Below are positions 9,751 to 22,506 of a DNA stretch of 64,000 nt, piece after piece. The position numbers and the translations under genes were made by a program. This stretch comes from an uncultured Thermoleophilia bacterium. GTDB taxonomy: Bacteria > Actinomycetota > Thermoleophilia > UBA2241. Location of the stretch: NCBI GenBank assembly GCA_963715985.1, contig CAVQSP010000011.1, forward strand, positions 608,001-672,000. The letters run 5' to 3'. The notes beneath the pieces are model-generated. The model did not search any database. It saw nothing but the letters and a program-made list of their open reading frames with translations, and was not told the origin of the DNA. The number at the start of each line of letters is the position of its first letter. The stretch's first letter is position 1.

Positions 9751-10439
9751 CTACGCCGTCAGCAAGGATGCGCTGTCGCGCGCGAAGCGGGCGAAGGTGA
9801 TCGCCGGGCGACCGAGCAGCCGCGGCAGCTCGTCGGTGATGCGTCCTGCCATGTGCAGGCGGCAGACCAGGTAGATGCCGCGCATGACGCGGATGTAGTC
9901 GGGCGGGAACCCCTGCGCCGCCATGTGGCGGGCGAACTCGCGGCCGCTGGGGCGCGTGTACACGATGCGCCGGCCGCCGGCCTCGCTGAGCACGGCGGCG
10001 CACTCGTCATAAGTGAGGGCCTCTCCACCGGTGATGGAGTAGGCCTTGCCGACGTGCCCGTCCTCGGCGAGCGTGAGCGCCGCCACGGCGCCGATGTCGC
10101 GTACGTCGATGAAGCTCGTGCGACCGTTGCCGGCGGGCACGACGATGCGGGCGGCGCGCATCGCGGCGATGAAGGGATCGAAGGCCGCCGCCTCCGCCAT
10201 CTGCGGCGGCCGCATGAGGAACACGCGGTCGACGCCGTCGAGGGCCGCGGCGTAGCGTCTCGGGGCGCGCGAAGTCGAAGGGCACCCAGGGGACGCCGCC
10301 GGGGACGGCTGCGGCGTCCCGCTCGTCGAGCGCCGCGGCCCGCAGCAGCACGCCGCGGCGCAGCAGCTCGGCGCAGACCTCGCGGCCGATCGTTGCCGCC
10401 CGCGCCGGTGACGAGCACGATGCCGGAGCCGGCACTCAC
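9751..10439 (-). pseudogene. NmrA/SDR family oxidoreductase with internal deletion and frameshifts
   Basis: VLVTGAGGN, FLMRPP, SFIDVRDIG, YSITGGEAL; the usual central segment is missing between AMRAA and RIVVPAG. Confidence 0.7.
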
Positions 10440-10760
10440 AAGTGAGCCTCGCCGGCGTCGTCTCCGCGCTCGAGAGCATCCGAAACGCGAGCGAGGAGGT
10501 CGATGAGGAGGAGCTGGTCGGAGGCGTCGAGGGCTCCCAGCGCGGCGGCGGAGACGCGGGACGAAGCGAGCCTTAGCGCAGGCAGTGACTCAGCGGCCTT
10601 CGCCGTGAGTCCCAGCACGCGGGAGCGGCCGTCGCTCGGGTGCGGGCACGACTCGATCCAGCCGTCACGTTCGAGCCTGCGTGAGACGCCACTGAACGTC
10701 GGCCGGTCCATGCCGAGGCGCTCGGTGAGACGATTCCCTTGAAGGAGCGTGACCCGATGC
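10436..10760 (-). pseudogene. MarR family regulator, 5' truncated
   Basis: LGMDRPTFSGVSRRLERDGWI..HPSDGRSRVLGLT; N-terminal helices absent. Confidence 0.65.
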
Positions 10761-10821
10761 CGTCCCGATGCGGTCCCATCGGCATCGGACCGGATTCGAT
10801 CCCGTATGCGTGGGACGGGCC

Positions 10822-11379
10822 TCAGGACGCGCCGAAGTCGACGTCCTTGGTCTCGACCGTCCCGGCCGTCCGGCCCGGCGCCTTCTGGTCGCTCCAGTAC
10901 AGGTTCGTGTGCGCGATCACCTGGTCCGGCGGCGGCGCCCCCCACGCCGTCTGGTCCTCCGTCGTGTGGGCGTCGCCGACGAGGATCGCGTCGTACCCCC
11001 TGACGAAGGCGCCGTGGAGCGTGGAGCGGATGCACGCGTCGGTCTGCGCGCCGACGACCGTGAGTCGCCCGACCCCGAGGCCCGACAGCACGGTCTCGAG
11101 GTCGGTGTCCTCGAAGGCGTCGCCGTAGGTCTTCTCGACCAGCGGCTCGGCGTCGCCCGGAGTCAGCTCGGGGACGATGCGCCAGGCGTCGCTCCCGCGC
11201 ACAAGCTGCTCATCGGAGTGCCGGACCCAGACAACGGGGACCCGTTCCCTACGCGCCTTCTCGACGAGGCTGCCGATGTTGGCGACGACCCTGTCGCGAT
11301 CGTGCGCCCCCTCGACGACGCCGTTCTGCACGTCGACGACGAGGAGTGCGGTGTTCGGCCGGTTCTGGAGTGTGGTCAT
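10822..11379 (-). CDS. Isochorismatase family cysteine hydrolase
   Basis: ALLVVDVQN, KTYGDAFE, GAQTDACIRST. Confidence 0.9.
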   Translation of the reverse strand: MTTLQNRPNTALLVVDVQNGVVEGAHDRDRVVANIGSLVEKARRERVPVVWVRHSDEQLVRGSDAWRIVPELTPGDAEPLVEKTYGDAFEDTDLETVLSGLGVGRLTVVGAQTDACIRSTLHGAFVRGYDAILVGDAHTTEDQTAWGAPPPDQVIAHTNLYWSDQKAPGRTAGTVETKDVDFGAS

Positions 11380-11618
11380 GGTCTCCCCCTGCTCGCGCTG
11401 TGCTCGTGTGTGCGACTGGAGGAGAGCTTACCCACCGACAGCGGGCCGGAACGGACCTGCGATCGCCCCGGGCCGCTCCGCCTCGCGCCCCTCCGGGCCC
11501 GCCGCTCGTGCCGGCGTAGACGAACGTACCCCCCGCCCACTCCGCGGTGACGCGGAGCTACCCCTTGTGCCGCAGGCCGAAAGTGCCGACAACAGGCAGC
11601 GAGTTGGCCTCCGAAATC

Positions 11619-13978
11619 ATGACAACTGCGGAGCCGGCGGGCAAGGAGAGGGCAGACACGGTGCACACCTGGCGCTCGCTGCCGTGGGTGACGATCGCCT
11701 TCCTGGTCACGGGAGGGTCGGTAGCGCTCGCGGCCGCGGCCGGACTGTTCGGCCCCTACGAATCCGCGGCCATCTTCGGCATCGCGAGCGCGACGCTGAC
11801 CGCCCTCGTCGTCTCGACGTGGGTGCGCAAGCCGTCGCGCGTGTGGCCGTGGGCCTGCATCGCCGCGTCGTTCGCGCTCTTCCTGGCCGGAGGCGTGGTC
11901 CGCGCCTACCTGCAGACGGTCGGCGACCTCACCACAAGCCGCTCCATCATTCCCGATCTCATCGTCCTCCCCGGGTACGCCCTGCTCGGGGCGGGCCTGC
12001 TCGGCTTCTGGAGGCGCGGCGCCCGGGGGTCCCTGCGCCGGTCCAGCGTCTTCCTCGACGGCCTCATCGCGGCGCTCGCCCTCGCCGCGGTCTCCTGGGT
12101 GTTCGTGGTCGAGCCCGTGCTCGCTCAGGGCGACGTGCCGCTCTCGCGTGAAGCTGATCATGATCGCCTACCCCTCCATGTCCATCTTCCTGGTCGTGCG
12201 TCGCGCTGCGCATCGCCCTGAACCCGGAGCGGTCGCCGGTGCCGGCCTTCTGGCTGCTGCTGGCCGCCATGATGTCGCTGTTCGTCGGCGACGCGCTGTA
12301 CCTGCTCGCCGACCTCAGCCTGGTCGAGATACCCGCACAGCTGCTCGACCTGCCCTACGCGTTCGCCTACCTGTTCGCCGGAGCCGGCGCCCTGCACCCG
12401 TCTATGCGCTCGCTCACGGAGCCCGGGCATGGCCAGCGCATGACGGAGTCGCGGCTGCGCATCGCCGTCGTCGGGGTGGCCCTCCTCATCCCCGCGGTGC
12501 TCACGCTCGCGTACACCAGCGACGTGCCGCGCGACCGGGCCGTCCTGAGCATGCTCATGATCGTCCTGACCGGGGCGGCCGTCCTGCGCATCGTGCAGGC
12601 GCTCCAGACCGCGGAGCGTTCCGAGGCGCGCCTCGTCTTCCAGGCGCACCACGACAGCCTCACCGGCCTGCCCAACCGCAGGATGATGGAGGAGCACCTC
12701 AGCCCGCCTCCTCGCAGAAGACCCCCGTGGACCGCACCCACGTCGCGCTCCTGTACCTTGACCTCGACCGCTTCAAGCTGGTCAACGACACGCTGGGGCA
12801 CACACGGGGCGACGAGCTCCTCGATCGAGGTGGCCGAGCGCCTGCGCGCAGCGCGTGAGGCCGACAGACCTCGTGACCCGCATCGGCGGCGACGAGTTCA
12901 TGATCGTGCTCAATCAGGGTGGTCAACGTGTCGCAGGCGGTGGACCTCGCCAACCGCCTGCGCGACAGTCTCACGGCGCCGTTCATCGTCAAAGGGCATG
13001 ACGTTCTACCTCTCGGCGAGCATCGGCCTGGCGTTCGCCTCCGGTGACGACCCATCCGCAACGGCGGAGGCGCTGGTCCGCGACGCCGACACGGCCATGT
13101 ACCAGGCCAAGGACGCCGGCCGAGACGCCGTCGCCGTGTTCGACCAGTCCATGCGCGACAAGGTCGAGGAGCGCGTGGAGCTCGAGCGCGACCTGCACTT
13201 CGCCGTCTCGATGGCCCAGTTGCATCTCGTATACCAGCCCATCGTGCGGCTGCCGCACGGCAGCGTCGCCGGCATGGAGGCGCTGGTCCGCTGGGCGCAC
13301 CCGACTCACGGCGTCATCACGCCCGCCAAGTTCATCCGCTCTTGCCGAGGAGGCCGGCCTCATCTCGGAGATCGGCGACTGGGTGCTGGAGGAGTCCGTG
13401 CGGCAGTTCGCGGCCTGGCGCCGCCAGGTCCCGTGGATGGCCGATCTGTACATCTCCGTCAATCTCTCCGGGCGCGCAGCTGCACGACGACCACCTCGTC
13501 CAGCGCGTGGCGGACATCCTCACCCTCCACGGGCTCGACGGCTCGTCTCTCTGCCTCGAGCTCACCGAGTCGGTCGTCATGCAGGATCCCGTCTCTGCCG
13601 CGGCCACGCTCGGCGGAGCTCCGCGGCCTCGGCGTACAACTCGCCATCGACGACTTCGGCTCCGAGTACTCGTCCCTCGCTTACCTCAAGCGGTTCCCGG
13701 TCTCGGTGCTCAAGATCGACAAGTCCTTCGTGGTCAGCCTGGCGCACAAGGACAGCGCCGACGCCACGCTCATCGCGACCATCGTCGCCATGGCGCGGGC
13801 GCTGGGGATCACCACGGTGGCGGAGGGCGTCGAGACGCGCTCCCAGGCCGACCATCTGACGACGCTGGGCTGCGACTCCGCGCAGGGCTTCATGTACTCG
13901 CGTCCGGTCGGCCCGGACCGCCTGGTAGAGGTGGTGTCCTCGCTGGGCACCCACCGTCTCCACCTCGTCCGCGATTGA
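11619..13978 (+). CDS. Membrane-bound GGDEF-EAL protein (several frameshifts)
   Basis: Multi-TM N-terminus; HDSLTGLPNRR, DLDRFKLVND, RPTD..RIGGDEF, GMEALVRW, DDFGSEYSS, AEGVET across ORFs 11547, 12148, 12239, 13044, 13342. Confidence 0.85.
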
Positions 13979-13992
13979 CCACCGAAGGCGAG

Positions 13993-14123
13993 TCAACGAG
14001 GGGGGCGCCGTGAGGCGCACCGCTCAATGAGCGGCGAAGCGGGCTCAACGAGGGGGGCGCCGGGAGGCGCACCCCTCAATGAGCGGCGAAGCGGCTCGAC
14101 GAGGGGGGCGCCGGAGGCGCACC
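13993..14123. repeat. Tandem palindromic repeat, about 52 bp x 2.6, between convergent genes
   Basis: TCAACGAGGGGGGCGCC units at 13993, 14045, 14096; internal hairpins GCGCC..GGCGC and CCGCTCAATGAGCGG. Confidence 0.8.
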
Positions 14124-14138
14124 GCACACTGAGCCGCC

Positions 14139-14959
14139 TCAGCCGGCCGCCTGCTCGCTCCTCCGGACTTCCAGGTCGTCGACGTCGCTGAGGTCGACTG
14201 TGCGCAGCGCCGGCTCGAGACCCTCGCCCAACTCGAGGATGGCGTACAGGTCCGGGTCCTCTTTCGGCCAGCTTCCGCTCGGCCTCAGCGAGCGCACCAG
14301 GCGGGGATGCGGCCGCCGAGCCCAGGTAGGCCGCGCGGGGCAAGGCCATCGAAGCCCGCGAAGATGAGGCGGAGCTTCCAGCGCAGAGCCTGAAGTACCG
14401 GCATGTCGAAGATCGCCACGAACCACTCCACCCCACAGCGAAAGGCGGCCATGATGAGGCTCTGGTACAGCCCCATGGTCACGAGGCCGCGGGCCGCCTT
14501 TGCCGCGATACTCCGGGGCGACGGCCAGGGTGGCGATGTCCCAGGTCTTGGCCCGGTCGATCTCGAGCCCGGCACGCTCGATGACGGCGCGGCGGACTCG
14601 CCCCACACCGTCTCGATGTCGTTGAGGCTCTTGAAGCCATGCGGCGAGGGCACCGATCACCCGCATCATGCCGGCCGGGAGTTGCCGCAGATGGTCGAGG
14701 ATGCAGAAGAAGAAGCTGCTGTGACTCGTAGTCCCCGTACTCCTGGGACAAGGCCTCGGGGGAGTCACCGAACGTCTCGCACAGCACGACGGTCTCGACG
14801 GAGCGCGCGAGCCCGGCTGCCCCGAACTGTCCGGTGCGGAACACGTAGGCGCCGAAGGGCTCCGGCGCGCCGGGCGCCATCACCTGAGCCACGAGCCGGC
14901 GCATCTCGTCGTCGTCGAGCACCTGGGGCAGGGCATAGCTCGGGTCCCGAGGTGGTCAC
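14139..14959 (-). CDS. GNAT-like (FeeM/LuxI-like) hypothetical acyltransferase (frameshifted)
   Basis: Joined from ORFs 14765, 14479, 14285, 14139: ARSVE..VLCETFGD..EYGDYE, PAGMMRVI, TWDIATLAVAPEYRGK; AAGGAG RBS. Confidence 0.55.
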
Positions 14960-15277
14960 AGGACGACTCCTTCATGGGCAGGCGGCGGGCACGAGCTCGA
15001 GGCGCCCGCTTCGCGTCCGGCCGCGGCGGGCGCAGAACCCTTACCGCAGCCGGCCGGCGGCGGCGGCTGGCGAGAATCGCGAGGACGCCGGAACCGCTTA
15101 GCAGTACGCGCGCGGCGCCGGAACCCGCCGCGCTCGTACGACGGGGTCGCGGAGGACGCGAGGGGCCGCAGGCGCCCGAGGCGCCGCCGCGAAGCGGCCG
15201 GGGCCGGGGCGCCCTCGCGCCCCGGCCCCGGCCGCTGACTCACAGAACGGCCCGCAGGTGCGGGCCGCGAAAACGTC

Positions 15278-15428
15278 TTACTTGCTCTTGCCGATCTTGA
15301 ACATCTTGGTGCCGCACTCCGGGCAGATGCCCTGGGTGGCGGGCTTGCCGTTCTTCATCGTGACGGCCTGCTCGTCCTTCATCGGTACGCTTGGTGCGGC
15401 ACTTCACGCAGTATGCCTCAGTCGCCAT
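15278..15428 (-). CDS. DUF5679 small zinc-ribbon protein (one indel)
   Basis: EAYCVKCRTKR..MKNGKPATQGICPECGTKMFKIG after removing one base. Confidence 0.8.
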
Positions 15429-15784
15429 GCCGTCTCCTTTCGGGAACTTCGCGGGCCCCTTGCCCGCCCCCCAAATGTCCCGCGGAGCATACTCTGTGCG
15501 TCAGGGCTACGCAACGCTGTATGTTCGAGGCTGGCGCAGGCTCGACGCAGGCTCGAAACCGACCGGGCGAAATGGACTGCTCCAAGCGGCATCGTTCGGC
15601 CTCCCGGGCGGCCTCCCGGGCGGCCCCCGAAGGGGGCCGCGAACGCCGGTCCGGGGCCCGTGAGGGACAGACATGCGGAAGCCCCGCACTGGTGCCACGG
15701 GGCTCATGCTGGGATACACTTGGCTCTCCGCCAAACAAGCGGCGCCCGCGACCGGGCGCCACGCGCCAGAGGTATGGAGCCGTG

Positions 15785-16510
15785 ATGCTCGCCGACCACC
15801 TCACAGAGTGGATCCATACAGAGGTCTCCGCCGCCGGCGGAGCCGGCGCGGTGTTCGGCCTCTCCGGCGGCATCGACTCGGCGGTCGTCGCAGCGCTCGC
15901 CAAGCGCGCCTTCCCGCACCACACGCTGGGCGTCATCATGCCGTGCTACAGCGACCCTCGCGACGCCGCGGACGGTGCGCTGGTGGCGCACCACTTCGGC
16001 GTCGCCTCGGCCACGGTGGATCTCGGTCCCGTCTACGACGCTCTCCTCGCCCAGCTGGGCGCCTGCAGCGCCGACATGCCGGAGAGCCGCCTCGCCACCG
16101 CCAACCTCAAGCCGCGCCTGCGCATGACCACGCTGTACGCCTTCGCCAACCAGCTCAACTACCGCGTGCTGGGTAGCAGCAATCGCGCCGAGCTCACCGT
16201 CGGCTACTTCACCAAGCACGGCGATGGTGGCGCGGACCTGCTGCCCCTGGGCAGCCTCGTCAAGGGCGAGGTCCGTGACCTCGCCCGCGAGCTGGGCATG
16301 CCCGAGAGCATCATCGCCAAGCCCCCGTCGGCCGGCCTGTGGGCCGACCAGACCGACGAGGGCGAGATGGGCCTCACGTACGAGGAGCTCGATGCCTACT
16401 TGCTCACGCGCCAGGCGTCGCCCGCCGTCAAGGCCAGGGTCGACGCCATGAACGCCGCCAGCGAGCACAAGCGCGCGCTCCCCCGCATCGCCCCCAAGCC
16501 CGGCGCCTGA
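15785..16510 (+). CDS. nadE: NH3-dependent NAD+ synthetase
   Basis: [38 protein letters not shown]. Confidence 0.93.
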   Translation: MLADHLTEWIHTEVSAAGGAGAVFGLSGGIDSAVVAALAKRAFPHHTLGVIMPCYSDPRDAADGALVAHHFGVASATVDLGPVYDALLAQLGACSADMPESRLATANLKPRLRMTTLYAFANQLNYRVLGSSNRAELTVGYFTKHGDGGADLLPLGSLVKGEVRDLARELGMPESIIAKPPSAGLWADQTDEGEMGLTYEELDAYLLTRQASPAVKARVDAMNAASEHKRALPRIAPKPGA

Positions 16511-16614
16511 GGAGGCAGCCGCCTTCGGCGGCCGATCCGCGGCGGGTTCGCGCACGGCCTTCCCCCGGCCCCGTCTGTTACACTCTTACGCCGTCTTTTC
16601 GCGGAGGTATTGCT

Positions 16615-17867
<1,253 letters not shown>

Positions 17868-17868
<1 letters not shown>

Positions 17869-18887
17869 TGGCCGCCCGGGAGTACACCGTCGCCGTCGCC
17901 GGCGCCACCGGCGTGGTGGGCGGCACCGTGCGCCGCATCCTCGAGGAGCGCGGCTACCCCGTCGGCGAGCTGCGTCTGCTCGCCAGCGCCCGCTCCGCCG
18001 GCCGCCGGCTGCCGTTCAAGGGGGCCGAGGTCGAAGTACAGGAGCTCGGCCCCGGCTCGTTCGACGGCGTCGACCTCGTCTTCTTCGCCGCCGGCGGCTC
18101 GGTGAGCACCGAGTTCGTGCCGCAGGCGGTGGCCGCAGGGGCCACCGTCATCGACAAGTCGAGCGTGTTCCGCCAGGACCCCGGCGTCCCGCTCGTGGTG
18201 CCCGAGGTCAACGCCGACCACCTGGCTTCACACACCGGCATCATCGCCACGCCCAACTGCTCCACCATCCAGATGGTCGTGGCGCTCAAGCCCCTCTACG
18301 ACGCCGCCGGCATCAAGCGCGTCGTCGTCAGCACCTACCAGGCAGTGTCGGGCAGCGGGCAGGGCGGCATCGCCGCGCTGGACGCGCAGGCCCGCCAGTG
18401 GGCGGCAGGCGAGCCGGTGGAGCAGCAGTTCTACCCGTACCAGATCGCCTTCAACGCGCTGCCGCACATCGACGGCTTCCTGCCCTCCGGCGCCACCAAG
18501 GAGGAGCAGAAGATGGTCGACGAGACCACCAAGATCTTCGCCGACCCGGAGCTCAAGGTGACGGCCACCTGCGTGCGCGTGCCCGTGTTCGGCGCGCACA
18601 GCGAGGCCGTCAACGTGCAGACGTGGAAGAAGCTCACGGCGGCCGAGGCCCGTGAGCTGCTCGCCGCGGCCCCCGGCATCGAGGTCGTCGACGACCCGGC
18701 GGAGCTCCGCTACCCCATGCCGCTCGACGCCGAGGGCAAGGACCCGGTGTACGTGGGCCGCATCCGCGAGGACGTCACGCTGAAGAACGGCCTCGACATG
18801 TGGGTGGTGGCGGACAACCTGCGCAAGGGCGCGGCGCTCAACGCGGTGCAGATCGCGGAGGAGCTCGTGCGCCGGGGTCTGCTGTGA
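17868..18887 (+). CDS. asd: Aspartate-semialdehyde dehydrogenase
   Basis: GATGVVG, PNCSTIQM, STYQAVSG, DNLRKGAALNAVQIAE. Confidence 0.96.
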
Positions 18888-18938
18888 CGGGCCGCGGGTA
18901 TACTCACGCCGTCATGACCCCCCGACAAGGATCGTCCA

Positions 18939-19937
18939 GTGCCTGAACCAGACACCTCCGTCCACGACGTCGTCATCGTCGGCGCGGGCCCCGCGGGCCT
19001 CACCGCCGGCATCTACGCGAGTCGTGGGCGCCTCGACACCGTGATCCTCGAGCGCAACATGGCCGGCGGCCAGATCGCGCTCACCGAGCTCGTGGAGAAC
19101 TACCCGGGCTTTCCGGAGGGCATCTCCGGCTTCGACCTCTCCGAGAAGATGAAGGAGCAGGCGATCAAGTTCGGCGCCGACCTGCGCGAGATCCAGGCCG
19201 TCACCGGCCTCGAGCGCGACGAGGCAGCCGGCTGCTGGGCGGTGCTCACCGACGGCGGCCCCGTGCGCGGCCGGTCGGTCATCCTCGCCCCCGGCAGGGA
19301 GCCGCGCCGTTCGGGCATCCCCGGCGAGGCCGAGTTCATCGGCCGCGGCGTGAGCTGGTGTGCCACCTGCGACGGCGCCCTGTACAGGGGCCGCACCGTG
19401 GCCGTCGTCGGCGGCGGCGATTCCGCCGTCGAGGAGGGCATGTTCCTCACCAAGTTCGCCGACAAGGTCTACCTTGTGCACAGGCGGGACGAGCTGCGCG
19501 CCGCCGCCATCGCCCAGGAGCGCTGCTTCGCCAACGAGAAGTTCGAGATCGTGTGGGACTCCGTGCCGCGCAGGATCGACGGCAGCGAGATGGTGGACGC
19601 GCTGGAGGTGGAGAACGTCAAGACCGGCGAGATGCGCACCCTGCCGGTGAACGGCGTCTTCATGTACATCGGGCAGATCCCCAACACCCAGTGGCTCAAG
19701 AGCGTCGTGGACCTCGACGAGTCGGGCTACATCGTCATCGACGAGCTCATGCGCACGAGCCGGGCGGGCGTGTACGCCTGCGGCGACGCCAGCGTGAGCC
19801 CGCTGAAGCAGATCACCATGGCCACCGGCCAGGGTGCACTGGCGGCCGTCCAGGCGGAGAGGTACCTGGACCTGCTCGCGTGCGCCATCCCGGGCACCGG
19901 GAGCGCGGCCGGCGGCAGCGCCGCCGCGCAAGTCTGA
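18939..19937 (+). CDS. trxB: Thioredoxin-disulfide reductase
   Basis: GAGPAG, CATCDG, GGGDSA, HRRD. Confidence 0.95.
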   Translation: MPEPDTSVHDVVIVGAGPAGLTAGIYASRGRLDTVILERNMAGGQIALTELVENYPGFPEGISGFDLSEKMKEQAIKFGADLREIQAVTGLERDEAAGCWAVLTDGGPVRGRSVILAPGREPRRSGIPGEAEFIGRGVSWCATCDGALYRGRTVAVVGGGDSAVEEGMFLTKFADKVYLVHRRDELRAAAIAQERCFANEKFEIVWDSVPRRIDGSEMVDALEVENVKTGEMRTLPVNGVFMYIGQIPNTQWLKSVVDLDESGYIVIDELMRTSRAGVYACGDASVSPLKQITMATGQGALAAVQAERYLDLLACAIPGTGSAAGGSAAAQV

Positions 19938-19961
19938 CCGATCCAACGAGGAGGCACCCCC

Positions 19962-20276
19962 ATGGACGCTGTCTCACAAGACGATTTCGAGGCTCAGGTC
20001 ATCAAGGCGCCCGGCAAGGTGCTGGTGGACTTCTGGGCCGAGTGGTGCGGCCCGTGCCGCATGATCGGGCCGGTGCTCGAGGAGATGTCGGGCGACCACC
20101 CGGACGTCACGTTCCTCAAGCTCAACGTGGACGAGGCCCCGGCCGTCGCGCAGCAGTTCAACGTGATGAACATCCCCTCCATCCTCGCCTTCGAGGCCGG
20201 GGAGCTGAAGCAGCGCGTCGTGGGCGCCATGCCCAAGGCCAAGCTCGCCGAGGAGCTGGAGGCGTTCCTGGGCTGA
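19962..20276 (+). CDS. trxA: Thioredoxin
   Basis: DFWAEWCGPC. Confidence 0.96.
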   Translation: MDAVSQDDFEAQVIKAPGKVLVDFWAEWCGPCRMIGPVLEEMSGDHPDVTFLKLNVDEAPAVAQQFNVMNIPSILAFEAGELKQRVVGAMPKAKLAEELEAFLG

Positions 20277-20328
20277 GAGAGCGGGCGCGGGCGTCCGCCC
20301 GCTTGGGCAGGGCGAGCGGCGGCGGCGG

Positions 20329-21706
20329 TCAGAGCAGGCCGCCCGCCTCCAGCAGCCTGCCGACGCTCACGGGTTCCAGGCCCCTGGCGCGCAGGCCCTT
20401 GACGATGGCCGGGATGGCCTTCTGCGTGTTCCACTCCGTGTGCATGCAGATGATGCTGCCCGGCCCTGCGCCGCCCACCGCGCGGCGCGCCACCACCGCC
20501 GGCGAGGCGCCGGTCCAGTCGCCGGTGTCCACGTCCCAGTTGACGACGAACGGGTAGCCGGCGCTGCCGGCCGCCTTGAGGGTCGTCGCGTCGTACGCCC
20601 CGTAGGGCGGCCGGAAGAGCGGCGCCGGTATCGCCCGGCAGGCCTCCCACCACATGTCGGCGTTGTCGAGCAGCTGCCGGCGTGCCTCCTCGTAGGTGAT
20701 GGTGGTGAAGTCGGGGTGATCGTAGGAGTGATTGCCGATCTCCATGCCGAGGCTGCAGCGCCTCGCGCGCGACCTGGGGGTACTTGTTCACGCTCACGCC
20801 GGTACAGAAGAAGGTGCCCGTGGCGTCCAGCTTGTCCAGAGTGCGCATGATGTGTCGCCACGCGTAGCCGGAACCTCCGTCGAAGCTGAGGGCGACCAGC
20901 TTGCCGGCCTTGGGGACGCTCCGGATGAGCTTGGCCGCGCGGGGAGCGTCACAGGCGATGTGGACCGTGGCGCTCGTCTTGTTGCCGGCCGCGTCGGCGG
21001 CGGTGACCACGAAGCGATAGGTGCCCGGGAAGAGGGCGCCGCCCGACTGCGTCCTCGCCGCCCATGTCACGGTCTCGGGGCCGACCGCAGCGTGCGGCGA
21101 GCCCTGCTCGCCGGTCTCGCGGCCGAGCGAGTCGACGACGGCCCACGTCACCGTGACGCCCTTCTCCGCCGCCACGTCGTACGCCAGTATCAGGTCTTTG
21201 GGGCCGCTGATACGGGCCGGCCGCGCTGTGATCCAGGTGATGTCCGGCGCGGCGGTGTCCACCTGCACCGTGTACTTGACCACCGGCCCGCCGCCGGCGG
21301 CCCGGACCTCCATCACGTGGGCGCCGTCGTTGCCGTGGTCGGCCGGCGCCTTGACGAAGGCGATCCTGCCTTTGTGCCAGGGCCCGCCGTCCACGCGCCA
21401 CTGGGCCACGGCGGGCTGCCCCTGCCCGGTGGTGAAGCGCACGAGGACCTTGCCGTCGTGGCGGGACGTGTCCGAGCCGTCGATGCGGATACCCGAGACG
21501 GTGACCCCGTGCGTGCTCGTGCCGGAGGCCGTGCCGGCGCCGGGCCACGGCAGGCCGAGGTGGCCGAACCACGGGACCGCGGCCAGGACGGCCAGGAGGA
21601 CGACGGCGAAGACGGCGACGAGCGCGACCACGGGCCAGATTCCGCGACGCCCGCGGCGCCTCCGCGGCGGGCCCGCCGGCGGCGGTTCCGCGCGGTAGTA
21701 GTTCAT
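20329..21706 (-). CDS. Membrane-anchored polysaccharide deacetylase (NodB domain) with Ig-like domains (one frameshift)
   Basis: N-terminal TM; VALSFDGG, IGNHSYDH, FRPPYG, WDVDTGDW, IICMH. Confidence 0.82.
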
Positions 21707-21762
21707 GTCGCGGAGCGGTGTCCCTGCGGCGCCCCGCTCGATGGTCCGCCTGCGGCGGCCAT

Positions 21763-22461
21763 TCAAGCACGCTCCAGGCGCAGACCGAGGACGTCGTAGC
21801 TGAACGACACCGAGCGGTCGGAGAACGCGATGTCCATCTGCGCCTGCACCGCCACCGGCAGCTCCTGGAGGCGGCCGCGGATGAGGGCGGCCTTGGCGGC
21901 CGGCACCGCCGCGGCCTGCAGCCAGTAGTCGAGGTCGATGGTGCGGCGGACGCTGCCGCGGCGCGCGACCTTCAGCCCTGCGCCGGCGGCGATCTCCTCG
22001 ATCTGCTCCGGCCGGTAGTGCCGGCGATGTGCCGGCTCGCGCAGCCGCGCGAGGTCGTTGAACGACTTGTCCGTGACCTCGTCCACCACGGGATCGACGA
22101 TCACGATGCGGCCGCCGGCGCTCGTCACCCGCAGGAGGTCGGCGAGCGCCGCTCCCGGCTCCGGGAGGAGATGGAAGGCGTTGCGGCACAACACCAGGGT
22201 GAAAGCGCCGTCCGCGTAGGGCAGCGCGTACAGGTCGACCAGTGTGAAGGCGACGTTCCAGAGGGCCAGCTCCTCGGCAAGACGGCGGCCCTCGTCGAGC
22301 ATGTCGGGCAGCTCATCGGCGACCTCCACCGTGCGCACGTCGGGCGCGACGGCGAAGCCGGCGATGCCGGCGCCGGAGGAGTAGTCGAGCACTGCGTCGT
22401 GCGACGTGGGCTGCGCAAGGTCGACGAGCAGCTCGAGTGAAGCGTCGCGCATCTCTTCCAC
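21763..22461 (-). CDS. Class I SAM-dependent methyltransferase domain protein
   Basis: VLDYSSGAG, LPYADGAFTLV, GGRIVIVD. Confidence 0.75.
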   Translation of the reverse strand: MEEMRDASLELLVDLAQPTSHDAVLDYSSGAGIAGFAVAPDVRTVEVADELPDMLDEGRRLAEELALWNVAFTLVDLYALPYADGAFTLVLCRNAFHLLPEPGAALADLLRVTSAGGRIVIVDPVVDEVTDKSFNDLARLREPAHRRHYRPEQIEEIAAGAGLKVARRGSVRRTIDLDYWLQAAAVPAAKAALIRGRLQELPVAVQAQMDIAFSDRSVSFSYDVLGLRLERA

Positions 22462-22506
22462 GTCGTCTCCCTTCGTCGCCGGACCCGCGAGGGGCCGGTC
22501 TGGCAT

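Noticed and set aside
13993-14123. Possible CRISPR array
   Set aside because: No unique spacers, fewer than three full units, no cas genes
15590-15645. Structured ncRNA in CCTCCCGGGCGG repeats and GC hairpin
   Set aside because: Only a 12-bp duplication and one hairpin in high-GC DNA; no recognisable family
16511-16614. Lysine riboswitch before lysC
   Set aside because: Interval too short; a -10-like TACACT is close to the start
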